64,000 nt of DNA from Proteromonas lacertae (taxonomy: Eukaryota): NCBI GenBank assembly GCA_002245135.1, contig NGBS01000612.1, positions 1-64,000 of the forward strand, written 5' to 3'. The notes beneath the pieces are model-generated. The model was not told the origin of the DNA and did no database searches. It saw only the letters and a list, made by a program, of their open reading frames with translations. Below are positions 42,901-57,900 of the stretch, in pieces (positions within the stretch are counted from its first letter, which is position 1; each line of letters opens with the position of its first letter). The translations under genes were made by a program, and so were the position numbers.

Positions 42901-45900
42901 AGCAGTTACTCATCTCATTTTCTTTTATTAAACTTCCACTTACATTACTGATTATATCTTTTACTGCTTTTCCATATTTAATCTCATTTGCCACTTTTCG
43001 AAATTCTTCTAAGATTGGATTCATCATTGAACTGTGGAAACCATGACTTACTTCTAATCGCTTATATCCAACCCCATCACTCTTTAGTTCATTCTCAAGT
43101 TTTTCAATCTCACTTATTAAACCACTTACTACATTCAGTTTTGGACCATTATAACATCCTATCTCTATACCATTATATTTATTTATATATTCCAACACTT
43201 TTTCACTTTCTAAAAATACAGCATAGCATTCCTCCTTTTCCATGTTCTAAACTACTCATCAATTTACCTCGAACACTTATCAACTTCAATCCATCTTCTA
43301 AACTCATTATTCCACTTACTACTCCAGCTACATATTCACCTATACTATGACCTAATACACATGAAGCTTCGATTCCAAAACTTGACCACATTTTGTATAA
43401 ACTATATTCCATACTGAATAAACAGGGTTGAGTGTATTTTGTATCATTCACTAATTCTTTATTTTCTTCATTATATAATACTTCTAATAGATTTGGAGAT
43501 AAATACGAGGATAATATTCTATTACATTCATCCATATTTTCTTTGAATATTGGTTGAGATTCATATAATTCTTTACCCATATTGAAATATTGAGATCCTT
43601 GACCTGTAAACATTACTGCTATTTCATCTGAATGATCATATATTTTGTTAAATGTAATTCCTTCCTTCACATTTTCAGTTGAATATTTCTTCAATACACG
43701 AACTACTGATTCATTATCTGCTTCTACCACTAATCCATAAGTTAAATGATCTCTATACATATTTGCTGTATTACATATCATATCATATTTATCAATTGAT
43801 ACTGATTCTAATAATTCAGCATATTTACCAGCTAATATTTTTAATGATTCTTCTGATTTTGCAGATAAATATAATAATCTTGGTTTATAACTTGGTATTT
43901 TTTCATTGTTCTGCGTTTCATTATTATTATTATAGTTTTCTAATATAACATGAGCATTTGTTCCACTAAATCCAAATGAACTTACACCAATACAACATTT
44001 ATTATCAGTTTCTGGTAATGGTAAAGGTTTTGTTGGAATTGCTATCTTTAAATCATTCAAATTGAAGTGATGATTACATTTATTAAAGTGTAAATTGGGT
44101 GGAATTGTCTTATTTTCTAACATTAATACTGATTTAATCAAACTTGCAATACCTGAAGCTGATTCCAAATGTCCAATATTTGTCTTTACAGCACCAACAT
44201 ATAATGGACTATCATTGTGATATGATTTGAATATATTTGCTAAAGCTTCTACTTCTATTGGATCTCCTAAAGATGTGCCTGTTCCATGAGCTTCAATATA
44301 ACTTATATCACTAGCTTTTACATTTGCATCTCTTAAAGCACTTCGAATTACTTTCTGTTGAGATGGACCATTTGGAGCTGTTAATCCACTACTTCGACCA
44401 TCTTGATTAATAGCTGAACCTTTAATAACTGCACGAATATAATCACCATCTCTAATTGCATCATTCAATCTCTTTAATACCAATACACCACAACCTTCAC
44501 CTCTGCCATACCCATTAGCTGAATCATCAAATGTCTTACATCTTCCATCTGGAGATAACATTCCAGCTTTACATAAATTAACCATTAACTCAGGTGATAA
44601 CATTATATGAACACCGCCAGATAAAGCCATATTACATTCACCTCTCAATAAACTCTTGCAAGCTACATGTAATGCAACTAATGATGATGAACATGCTGTA
44701 TCAATTGCAATAGCTGGACCTATTAATCCTAATGTATAAGCTACACGACCTGGTATTACATTCAATGATGTTCCTGTTCCATAATATTGATCAATGTTTT
44801 GAGCATCATTTTGTACGATTTGTATAGATCTATAATCACTATGTGAAACACCAACATAAGTACCTACCTTCTTTCCTGACAATGAACTTGGTCTAATATT
44901 TGCATTTTCTAATGCTTCCCACACTACTTGTAATAATATTCTTTGCTGTGGATCTAATGAAGCAGCTTCTCTTGGTGAAATACCAAAGAATTCTGGATCA
45001 AATTTTTCAATATTATCCAAAAATCCACCTTCTTTTACTGACATTTTACCTGGTTTACTTGGATCTGGATCATAATAACTACTACTCCATCTTCCAGCTG
45101 GAACTGTACTAATTGCATCAATTCCATTGTATAATAATCTCCAAAATTCTTCTTCATTTGCTGCTTTAGGGAATCTACATCCCATACCAACAATTGCTAT
45201 ACTATCATCACTTTGTTTTTGAATAGTTTCTTCATTTTCATCATCTGAATCTAATACATTACTATTAATATAAATAGTATTTAAATAATCCACCATTTTC
45301 TGAATTGTTGGATAATCATACGGAATTGTGGATGATACTTTTGAACCAACTATATTAGATAATTCTGATACAATTTCAACTGATGTTATTGAATCCATTC
45401 CTAATTCTATCAATGGACGGTTTATATCTATAGTTGCTGATTCAATACATAATATCTTACCAATAATTATCTTTACATTTTCTAATAAATTAATATTCTT
45501 ACTCTTTTTATGACTTGAAGACTTTGATTTTGTTGATTTTGTTACACATTTTTCAAATATTGTTTCTAATGCAGTATTATTATAAGCTAATGAATATTTA
45601 TTCCAATCAATATCAGCTACTATTACTCCATTTTCACCATTACTTAATATTGTATTAAATGATTTCATTGCTGTGTCAGAAGATAATGGTTTTAATCCAA
45701 TCTTATCATATTTTGTATCACTTAAAGCAGAATACATTCCACTTTCTTCCCAAATACTCCAATTGATAGTTATTGATGGTAATCCTTGACTTCTACGTAA
45801 TACTGATATTGAATCTAAATAAGAATTAGCAGCTGAATATGGAGACATTGATGTAGAACCCCATACTGAACTGATTGATGAGAATAATACGAAATAATCT

Positions 45901-48900
45901 AAAGATAATGATAAACTACATTCATGTAAATTGTATGTTCCTTCAACTTTAGATGACATTATTTTATGAATATCTTCAACAGACATTGAATTTATATCTT
46001 TCAAATATAATACACCAGCACAATGGAAAATACCTTTTACTGGACATTCATTTGTATTTACTTTATTTATAACATTCTGTAAATCACTCTTATTAGTAAT
46101 ATCTACACTTTCAACAATAATTTCACATCCTTTTGATTTAAATCCATCAACAATTGATTGTTTTTCTTGTGTTAAACCTGATCTACATAATATGGTTATA
46201 TGTTTTGCACCATTATCAATAAGGTTGTTTATTACTTGAATTCCTATACCTCCTAATCCACCTGTTACTATATAATTACTATTATTATTAATCTTTAATT
46301 GAGTTGAATTACTTAAACTGCATGATTCAATACGTTTAGTATAAGACTTATGATCTGAGTATACTTCTATTATTTTATCATAATTCAATATATCTGTAAT
46401 AGCTTGACAGGTAGTTTGATCATCATATGATTCTGGTATATCGATTAAACCACCAAATATTGACGATGCTTCTGAAGCTATGGTTAAACCAAATCCCCAA
46501 ATTGGACTTTCATTTACATTAACATTTGATGATTGATTTATTGATTGTGATTGATGTGTTATAATATATAATTTTAATTGATATTTCATTTCATTTATTG
46601 ATTTCACTATATTCATTATTGCTTCACATCCATTGCTATATATAGTATTATAATCAAATCCTGATTCTGGTTTATCATAACAGTAAACTAACTTTCCAAT
46701 AACAGATTTACTATTAATTGTTTCTAACAATTGTTTTAATGTATTAACATCTTGTGGATTAACACTTCCATTATGATCATTTAAAGAATATGATTGGCTA
46801 GTTTGTATGCTATAAACATTCTTATGATAAGCATTAATATTGTGCATTAATGAGTTGTATAAACTACCTTCACCTATTACTACAACTGATTTATCTTCTT
46901 CTATTGGCTTTGCTTTCTGTGTATTATTATTAACCGACCATTTTGATTGAAAATAAATGGATTTTCCTTGTGCTAATTGTGGTAATATCTTATTATCGTT
47001 TCTTTCAAACCAATAGTATTGATGATCAAATTGATAAGATGGTAATAATATCTTATTTCCACCAATTAATTTCATATACTTATTGAATGTAATTGAATAA
47101 CTTACAGTATATAATTTTGATAAACAATTCATTATTTCTTCCACAGAATTTGATTTGTTTCTATTCATTGTTGGAACTACTGAATTTACAGGAACTAAAT
47201 CCATATGGTTTATCATACCAGTTAAAATTGAATCAGGACCAATTTCTAATACAGGAATATTAAGTTTTGACAATGTTTCTATAGACTGTAAGAACTTTAC
47301 TGGATTTCGCAAGTGTTCGACCCAGTAATCAGCATTACTCATCTCATTTTCTTTTATTAAACTTCCACTTACATTACTGATTATATCTTTTACTGCTTTT
47401 CCATATTTAATCTCATTTGCCACTTTTCGAAATTCTTCTAAGATTGGATTCATCATTGAACTGTGGAAACCATGACTTACTTCTAATCGCTTATATCCAA
47501 CCCCATCACTCTTCAATTCATTCTCAAGTTTTTCAATCTCACTTATTAAACCACTTACTACATTCAGTTTTGGACCATTATAACATCCTATCTCTATACC
47601 ATTATATTTATTTATATATTCTAACACTTTTTCACTTTCTAAAAATACACATAACATTCCTCCTTTTCCATGTTCTAAACTACTCATCAATTTACCTCGA
47701 ACACTTATCAACTTCAATCCATCTTCTAAACTCATTATTCCACTTACTACTCCAGCTACATATTCACCTATACTATGACCTAATACACATGAAGCTTCGA
47801 TTCCAAAACTTGACCACATCTTATATAAACTATATTCCATACTGAATAAACAGGGTTGAGTGTATTTTGTATCATTCAACAATTCTTTATTTTCTTCATT
47901 ATATAATACTTCTAATAGATTTGGAGATAAATATGAGGATAATATTCTATTACATTCATCCATATTTTCTTTGAATATTGGTTGAGATTCATATAATTCT
48001 TTACCCATATTGAAATATTGAGATCCTTGACCTGTAAATGCAAATGCAATACCTGTTCTATCTTCACTAACAACACCAACATTACACTTTGTATTATCAT
48101 TCAAATATTCTTCTAATTTTGATATAATTTCTTCAACATCTTTTACTAGGAATGATAAACGATTTTCTAAATGTGATCTACCAAATATCATTGTATAACA
48201 CACATCATAAACATTCAATTCAGATGAATGAACTTTTAAATATTCTACATATCTTTCAGCTAATAATTTCAATGATTTTTCTGATTTTGCTGACAATGTA
48301 AATATTGGAGTAAATGATCTGTTTGGTGTTTGTAAATGTCTTCTTGGAGCATTTTCTAATACAATATGAGCATTTGTTCCACTAAATCCAAATGAACTTA
48401 CACCACAGATTTCCTTCTGTTTGTTTGGCCATTCTGTTGCAGACAATGGAATAGTAAGTTTTAATTCTTCTAAGTTAATCATTGGATTTACTGTTTTGAA
48501 ATTGATTTGTGGACAAATCTTTTGATTCTGTAATGATAATACACATTTAATTATTCCGCTTATACCTGCAGCTGATTCTAAATGTCCAATATTGGCTTTA
48601 GCTGAACCAACTATTAATGGCTCTGATCTTTGTTTGAATACTTCACCTAATGCTTGAGCTTCTATTGGATCACCTAATGATGTTCCTGTTCCATGAGCTT
48701 CAACATAGCTTACATCTTCTGGAGATACACCAGCATCAGATAATGCTGTTCTAATACAATCTTGTTGAGATGGACCATTTGGAGCTGTTAAACCACTACT
48801 TCGACCATCTTGATTTACCGCACTTCCTGTGATTACTGCTAATATATTATCATTATCTCTAACAGCATCACTTAATCGTTTCAATACTACAAATCCAGCA

Positions 48901-51900
48901 CCTTCACCTCTTACATAACCATTAGCAGATGCATCAAATGTTTTACATTTTCCATCAGGAGATAGCATTCCAGCCTTTGAGAAATTAATCAGCATTTCTG
49001 GTGATAATATTAGATTTGCACCACCACATAATACTAAGTTAGATTCACCATTACGTAATGATTGACAACCTAAATGAACACTTACTAATGATGATGAACA
49101 TGCTGTATCTACTACTATGGAAGGACCTTTTAATCCTAAATAATATGATATTCTACCAGATGAAACACTGAATGTATTACCAGTTCCAAAGTATGGATCA
49201 ACATTATAACCATTTGATTGATTGTATAACAACTTATAATCATCAATACTAATACCAACATATACACCAGTCTTTGATCCATTTAATGATAATGGCGGAA
49301 TTGCTGCACTTTCTAATGCTTCCCATGATAATTCTAATAAGAATCTTTGTTGTGGATCCATTAATGATGCTTCTCTTGGAGAAATGCCAAAGAAATTTGG
49401 ATCAAAATCACCTGGATTCATTGATACAAAACCACCCCATTTTGATACTGTTGTACCTGGTACTGATTTATCTGAATTGTAGATTGCATCAACATCAAAT
49501 CTTTCTTTTGGTATTGTACTTATACAGTTTAATCCATTGATTAGATTATTCCAGAATTCTTCAGGTGAATTTGCATTTCCTGGTAATCTACAACTATAAC
49601 CAACTACTGCAATAGGTTCATGTTTACTTATTCTCTGTTTTGGCATTGATGATGATGTTTTTTCAACTTTACTTTGTGTTTTTGTAATTGTTTCTAATAT
49701 ATACTTTGACATTGCATCAATATTTGGGTAATCAAATGTAATACTTCCTGGTAATGAAACTCCTATTAAATCTGATAAAGTATTCTTTAATTCGATGGAT
49801 GTTAATGAATCCATACCAATTTCTTGGAATGGAGTTGTAACTTGCATTTGGCTTGATGATGGTAAACCAAGAATCTTACTTATAATCTTCTTTAATTGTT
49901 GAACAATAAAATCTTTCTGAGATTCAGTATTCTTTATATTTAGTAATTGACTAACAAATTCTGTAGTTGTTGATTTTGATACTTTCTGATTAGTAATTTG
50001 ACGATATTGTAATGGAGTAATTTGCTCTAAATTAGATAATAAATGATTAGATTCTTTAGATAAAACTTCCCAATTCATTGTTGAAACTACAACTATTGAA
50101 TTGACTGATGCTATTTCACTATTTACAATCAAATTGAATGATTCAATTGCTTTTTCTGATACTAATGGTGCAAACATTGATTTATTCCAATAATCATTAG
50201 ATAATTGAGAAGCCATACCTACATTGCCCCATGGTCCCCAAGCTATTGATACTGTTTTATATCCATTTCTTGTTCTTGATTCTGCATATGTATTTAAATA
50301 ATTATTAGCAGCAGCATAATTGGCTTGTGTGAAATTACCTGTGATGGATGTAATTGAACTGAATACAGTCAAACCTGTATTATTCGAAGTAATATAACTC
50401 GAATAAATTACATTTTTTATTTTATTTTATATGATTTTATTTTTTTGTTATTTTTACATGTTCTAATCTTTTATAAATTACTATTACTATAATATATTCT
50501 ATCTATATTATTCTGAGGGTCATGATCTTCTTAAATGTCTCTCTGTTTGAAATTACTATATTTTCTTATTCTATATCAAAAGATTAGTAAATAAATAAAC
50601 CATTACAAGAAATACTATTCATAAATTCTTCTTGCTATGATTTATTTTCTATAAAAATGAGACTATAAAACGAATATTATTTTGAAACATATTTTGATTT
50701 TACTAATTCTAACTAATCTTAATGACTTAACTAATTTTATTTGTATATTTCTAGTTGAAATAGATTAATTTAATTTTTTGATTAATATTGAGATAGATTG
50801 AAATGAATTATGTTGAATCAATCACTTAGAGTATATAAAGATTAATAATTCATCACTTTATTAATATCTAATCACTTATATCCATAATATATCATTTTTA
50901 TATCCATAATTTATCACATAGTAAAAAGTGATTAATCAAGTGATTGATTTCATTTAATAAATTCTTAACATGTTGAACAATTCAAAAAAAAGAAGTGGTA
51001 CTCAATTACCCTTACACACTAAAGCCATGTTGCTTAGACAATTAGAAGCTAAGCGTATAACAAGGTACGAAATATGTCAAAAATACTCAGTAAAACAATC
51101 AACTATATCTACATGGCTTATAAATAAGGATAAAATCATGAAATTTGAAGGTAATAATTATCATTAAGTTGTTATAAATAGATAAAGATGATAATATATT
51201 TAGAGAGAGAAAATCAAAGTATCCTGAGCTGGAAAGAAAATTATTGAATTGGTATAACTCAGCAATATCAAAAATATATATAACTCACATCCCAATCACA
51301 GAGTCAATTTTATTATACAAACTCAATCAATTATCAGAGAAGAAGTTCCATATCTCATATGTTCAAAATTTAATGAAACGTAACAAACTGAGTAGCGTAA
51401 ATCTTCATGGTGAAGCGTCATCATGCCCAAATGTTAATATTAGTAATGTCCGTAAGATTATTTCTTCTTATAAACCTATGTTCGTATTTAACATGGATGA
51501 AAGTGGTTTATATTACTCACAATTGCCTAGAAAATGTGTAATTGACAACCATGAAAAGAAGAACTTCAAAGGATTCAAAATAGCAAAGTCACGTATTTCA
51601 ATCGCAATTACAGTAAATATGGATAATTCAATTAAAGTACCAATTCTTTATATTGGAAAATCACAAAAACCTTTATGCTTTAATGAAAAACCTAACAATT
51701 ACATTAATCAATCCAATGCTTGGATGGATAATAGAGTTTTTAAATACTATATGGATAATATTTTTCTTCCCTCAGTCAAAGATATTATTAAAAACAACAA
51801 AGTACTTTTGGTGATGGATAATTGTGCATCTCATCCTAGATCATTAATTGGAGCAGAATATGATAACATTCAACTACTTTTCCTTCCGCCTAACTGCACA

Positions 51901-54900
51901 AGTCGTTATCAACCATTAGATATGGGAATTATTAACAAAATAAAAAGCAATTATAAAACTGAAATTTTAAAGAAATGTGTAGAAAATATTGAAAACTTTG
52001 AATTAATAAAGAATATTCAAATTGAAAACAGTAAAGGAAAAGGTGGTATAGCTTTATGTAAGCAACCGAATATAGCAGATGCTATGTATTATTCTACCAA
52101 AGTATTTTTTGGTCTTAAAAAAACAACAGTTATTAAATGTTGGTTGAAATCTTCATTACCATCTGAAGAACAAATAAAAGAATTAAATTCCATATTACAA
52201 TCAGAAAATTGTAATATGAATGTTGATGATGATGAAGAAAGTCAATGCGAATTAAGCCAAATAATTGGTAAAGTAAATGATATTATTATAGAAGATGGAA
52301 ATACAAATTCATTTATAAATGCAACTTCTCTTTTTAGTACAAAATCTATAAGTGAGTTGTACCCATTTTATAGCTTTGAAAATGAAGATGGTTTTAAAGT
52401 AGAAGTTGTTGATAATGTAATTCAAGAAAATAGTAAAGAAGATTCAAATAATGCAACCTGCAAAACCAAAAGAAGAATTGATAATATGTCTAATGAAATA
52501 AATAAAACTAAAAAAAGCAAGATTAACAACATCTTCGAATAATCTTTAAAACACTTATAAAATCTCTTTGTATATCAATTATTTTTAGTGTATTTAGTAT
52601 ATTTATTCAAATGTATAAAATAGTAAATTATAATCATTTTGTTTCAACATTTTATTTGATTATAATTCATTTTTCAAATAAACAAGAAGCAAAAAATATA
52701 ACTCGAATTTTTGTCCGTTTCTTGAAAATGAAGGGGTTTGAGTTATACAGGTTTGACTGTAATACCAATAATGCAATATTGGGGAATACTTTTTCAATAT
52801 TTTCTATACCAATTACTTTTGGTTGAATTACTTTGTTATATGATTCATAAGACATGTTATTAATTAATTTATCATCTAACACACCAGCAGCATGAATAAC
52901 ACAATACACATTTAGATTCATTGATTTTAATTCCTGTTCAAGTCTATACAAATCATCAATATTAGTAACATCACTTTGTTTGCATAATATTTGACAATTA
53001 CCTGATTTTGATAATTCATTTACTTTATCTTGTAAATTAGAAGGTAATCCATGTCTTCCTAATATTACTATATTCTTTACATTCATTCCTATTAATGTTT
53101 CTACTAACGACATTCCTATACCTCCATATCCACCTGTTATAACGTATGTATCTTGTTGAGATGTTGATATTGGAGTTGTTGATGGTTTTAATAATGATTT
53201 ATTGACGCTTTCTATGAATAATTTATTATCTCTTATTGCTGATATTGTATTTGGATTCTTTGTAGTAATTATTGTATTGAATAAACTTTCATTATTTCTA
53301 TTTATATCAATAATTCTACATGTAGTTTGATGATTTTCTAAGGCAAATACTTTCATTATTCCAATATAATATGATTGAGTTAAATCAATTTCATTGTTAT
53401 TCTCATTTACATAATATCCATTTCTTGTTACTAATGTCAATGTAAACTGTTGATTGGATGATGACAACAATCTCAACATTGTAATGAACTTATATGAATC
53501 TTCAATTGATGATTTTGATGGTGAATAATACACTACATTTTCAATTGTTCCATATTCACTTAAGAATTGTTTGAAGTCATTATCTTCTAATTTCATACCA
53601 TATTTATTATCATCATGATAATAATGATCAGATTCATTTAAGAAACTACACTCTAATGAATTAATTCCTTCATATGAGTTTATTACTAATGTCTTCTTTG
53701 AATTTAATTCTTCCAATTCTTCTATTTCTTTTTCACTCCATTGAATTTGGTAAATATTTGAACTACTTACTTTGTGTGAACGTAATAATGCATTTCTATC
53801 AACTTCTTGTAATTTAAAGTTCTTTGAATAAGCGATAATTTCATTATTACCATTTAATAAATATAAATCAGCTAATACACTCTTTCTATCATTTGTTATT
53901 ACTTTTGAATAACAGTATAATTGTGTAGAATCTTCTACTTTTCGTAATAATGTAAATTCATCCAATGAAACTGGTAGTAATGTCTTAAACTCATCTTTTG
54001 AAACAGATAAACCAACAGAAGCAATAACAGTCTGAATACAACAATCAAACAATATAGGATACATATAATAGGCATTAGGTATTTCTTGAATGTTAATTTC
54101 ACCAATTGATTCATTATTATCACTATTAACATGGATATTTGATAATAATTGGAAATGAGGTCCAAATTCATAACCTCTTTCATTCAATTGCGAATAGAAA
54201 TCATTTTGTTGATATTCTCTACTAGAACATCTTGATATTATGGATTGTATATTATCAATATTCTCAGTACTATTATTATTATTATCTTCAATAACACCAT
54301 AACAATGAGTGATCCAACTATCTTTAGAATGAATATCACCTTCTACATAACTTGCTAACTCAAACATTACATTACCATTTGAATTGCTTGTTGCTAACTG
54401 AATTGTTGCTGAATTATCTAAGAATAAAGCTGATGTTAAATTGACATTGGATAATCTGATACTTTGTGACTTATTCATAAATAAACCAGCTTCAGCTACT
54501 AATTCTAAATAATAAACAGCTGGTAATATCAAACAATTGTTCATCATATGATCTTTCAATTCTTCAAACTTTGATGTATTTATTGTTGAAACAAATAAAG
54601 ATTCAGTCAATAATGGTGAACTGAAACAATAACCTGATAAATTAGATGAATATGAACAGATTGAATCGTCAGTTAATAAGTTACGATGAGTTGTATCAAT
54701 CCAACATCTTATTCTATCAAATGGATAATTCTCTAATGGAACTCTGTGATATAATAAATTATTAGAAGTATTAAATGGTAAATCATCTATTCCACTCGTG
54801 TATAATAATCCTACACTTCGTGTTATAGAACTTTGATCAGATGAACCTCTTACTAGTGATGGTACATAGATAATTGATGGATCATTTAAGATATATTTAC

Positions 54901-57900
54901 TCATTCCTATTAATACTGCATTTGGACCACATTCTAAATAAATCTTATTAGAATATAATTTATCACTACATTCTATTGATTGAGTAAATTGAACTGGATT
55001 TCGCAAGTGTTCGACCCAGTAATCAGCATTACTCATCTCATTTTCTTTTATTAAACTTCCACTTACATTACTGATTATATCTTTTACTGCTTTTCCATAT
55101 TTAATCTCATTTGCCACTTTTCGAAATTCTTCTAAGATTGGATTCATCATTGAACTGTGGAAACCATGACTTACTTCTAATCGCTTATATCCAACCCATC
55201 ACTCTTTAGTTCATTCTCAAGTTTTTCAATCTCACTTATTAAACCACTTACTACATTCAGTTTTGGACCATTATAACATCCTATCTCTATACCATTATAT
55301 TTATTTATATATTCTAACACTTTTTCACTTTCCTAAAATACACATAACATTCCTCCTTTTCCATGTTCTAAACTACTCATCAATTTACCTCGAACACTTA
55401 TCAACTTCAATCCATCTTCTAAACTCATTATTCCACTTACTACTCCAGCTACATATTCACCTATACTATGACCTAATACACATGAAGCTTCGATTCCAAA
55501 ACTTGACCACATCTTATATAAACTATATTCCATACTGAATAAACAGGGTTGAGTGTATTTTGTATCATTCAACAATTCTTTATTTTCTTCATTATATAAT
55601 ACTTCTAATAGATTTGGAGATAAATATGAGGATAATATTTCATTACATTCATCTAATGTATCAGCAAATACTGAATTTGTATGATATAATTCCTTCGCCA
55701 TATTGAAATATTGAGATCCTTGACCTGTAAACATAACTACAATTTGAGGTTTTTTATTTGTTTCACAAACACCATATGTTACTCTCTTATCTTCTTTATT
55801 ATTTAAATAATTATCCAAAGCTTCTTTAACATCTTCTTTTGTTTGACATGAAACACTTAAACGATAATTGAAATGATTTCTACCATTTGATAATGTATAA
55901 CAAATGTCAGCAAGTGAATATGGAATGGATGTAATATTCTGAGAATATAACTTTGCTGATTCTACTAAACTGTATTGAGATTTAGCTGATAATTCAAATT
56001 CAAAATATTTATTCGTTTCATCAATTGTAACATCAGAATGTTTTGGTGCTTCTTCTACAATAACATGAGCATTTGTTCCACCAAAACCAAATGAACTAAT
56101 ACCACAAATCTTCTTTGAATAACTATCAGGCCAATTCATACCATTTGATGGAATAACAATACCTGATTGATCTATATGTAATAAACTATTAAGATGATTG
56201 AAATGTAAATGTGATGGTATGTAATTATTATTCATTGATAATAAGATCTTTATTAAACCAGCTACACCAGCAGCAGCTTCTAAATGTCCAATATTCGTTT
56301 TGACTGAACCAACTACAAGAGGATGGTTATTGTTATGACCTTTATATACATTCTGTAATGCATTTACTTCTATTGGATCTCCTAATTTTGTACCAGTACC
56401 ATGAGCTTCTATATAACTAACTTCAGAAGGAGAAACACCAGCATTGGATAATGCATTTTGGATCACTCTTTGTTGAGATGGACCATTTGGAGCAGTTAAA
56501 CCACTACTTCGACCATCTTGATTTACCGCACTTCCACGAATTATTCCCAATATATTATCATTATCTTTCATTGCATCACTTAATCTCTTTAATACAATTA
56601 TACCACATCCTTCACCTCTTACATAACCATTAGCAGAAGCATCAAATGTTTTACATTTTCCATCAGGAGCTAACATTCCAGCCTTTGAGAAATTTATCAT
56701 AGTTTCAGGTGAACTAATACAATTCACACCACCAGCTACAGCCATATTACATTCATTCAATCTCAAGCTTTGACAAGCTAAATGAATACTTACTAATGAT
56801 GATGAACAAGCTGTATCCACAGCAATAGAAGGACCTTGGAATCCATATAAATATGAAATTCTACCAACAGCTGTAGAGAAATAACTTCCAGTTGCAAAAT
56901 AACCATCATTCTTAGCAGAATCATCATACTTCATTTGTAATAATTGATAATCAGTTGTAGTTAAACCACAAAATACACCAACAGGTGAAGCTGTTAATTT
57001 AGCTGGTGCATAACCTGCATTTTCTAACGCTTCCCATACAATTTCTAATAGTAATCTTTGTTGAGGATCCATTGAAGCAGCTTCTCTTGGAGATATACCA
57101 AAGAATTGACAATCAAATTTATCAATTCCTGTATCTATTAAACCAGCAGACATTGTTTTCATTGTATTTGGTTTTTCACCAGTCGAATCATAATAATTTT
57201 CTATATCCCATCTTTCTTTTGGTATTACAGTGATACAATCTTTTCCTTGTTTCAATATATTCCAATATTCTTCTACAGAATTAGCGCCACCTGGGAATCT
57301 ACATCCCATACCTACAATTGCTATTGGTTCATTACTAGAAACACTTGATTTTGATAATGACAATGAAGCTGAAGGAGTAGATTGAGTTTCATTGGATAAA
57401 TCAATATTCTTTGATATAAATTCTACCATATCATCAACTGTTGGATAATCAAATGTAAATGTTGTTGATAGGTTCAATCCAGTTTTTGCTGATAATGTAT
57501 TTCTTAATTCAGTTGCCATTAATGAATCTAATCCAATATCTCTTAATGGACGATTATGAATAATTTCTTGTGTTGAATTCAATCCAAGAATACTTTGTAA
57601 TGATGTTAATACAATATCTTTAACTGAAGTTGGTTTTATTGACTTTGACATAGATGAACTACCACCAAATGAACTTCTTAATATATCACTAAATATTGAA
57701 TTCTTTAATAATTCTGGATAGTTCTTTCTTAATATATTAGAATCAAACTTGTTAATTATTACATTTGATAAGTATGTTTTTAATGCAGATTCTAAATTGT
57801 TTAATGCATCATTAGTTGGTATAAGAGTGACACCATATGATTTCCATTTACTACTACTAGTTTTAGTTGCCATTCCTACTTCTTTCCAAGGTCCCCAGTT

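Larger units (their letters stand above)
50366..52759 (+). mobile_element. pogo/Tigger-like (Tc1/mariner superfamily) DNA transposon, 2,394 bp
   Basis: Left end CAGTCAAACCTGTATTATTCGAA; right end (reverse complement) CAGTCAAACCTGTATAACTCAAA: 15 bp perfect, 20/23 overall. TA at 50364-50365 and 52760-52761. Removing the element and one TA restores the KR frame (ALLVL-FSSITS). Encodes a DDE_1-type transposase. Confidence 0.96.
49690..57330 (-). other. PKS module 2: KS-AT-DH-KR-ACP, KR split by a transposon
   Basis: DH HMMNNCLILP / YPILFDCCIQ; KR TGGYGGIG, HAAGVLDD (B-type), then after the element FSSITSITGNFTQANYAAAN; ACP GMDSLT. In-frame TAG at 55333-55335 and a frameshift near 55196. Confidence 0.9.

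Noticed and set aside
50359..52757. Transposon spliced out of the PKS mRNA as an intron (donor CA/GTCAAA in the TIR, acceptor TTCAG/), giving in-frame VL-H-SI
   Set aside because: Weak donor, a 2.4-kb intron where others seem to be about 30 nt, and damage to the conserved FSS motif. Not supportable without RNA data.
52667..52759. C-terminal peptide QSNLYNSNPFIFKKRTKIRVIFFASCLFEK of the 827-aa ORF, and the TTG start at 50372
   Set aside because: Both are read-through into transposon ends, not PKS sequence.
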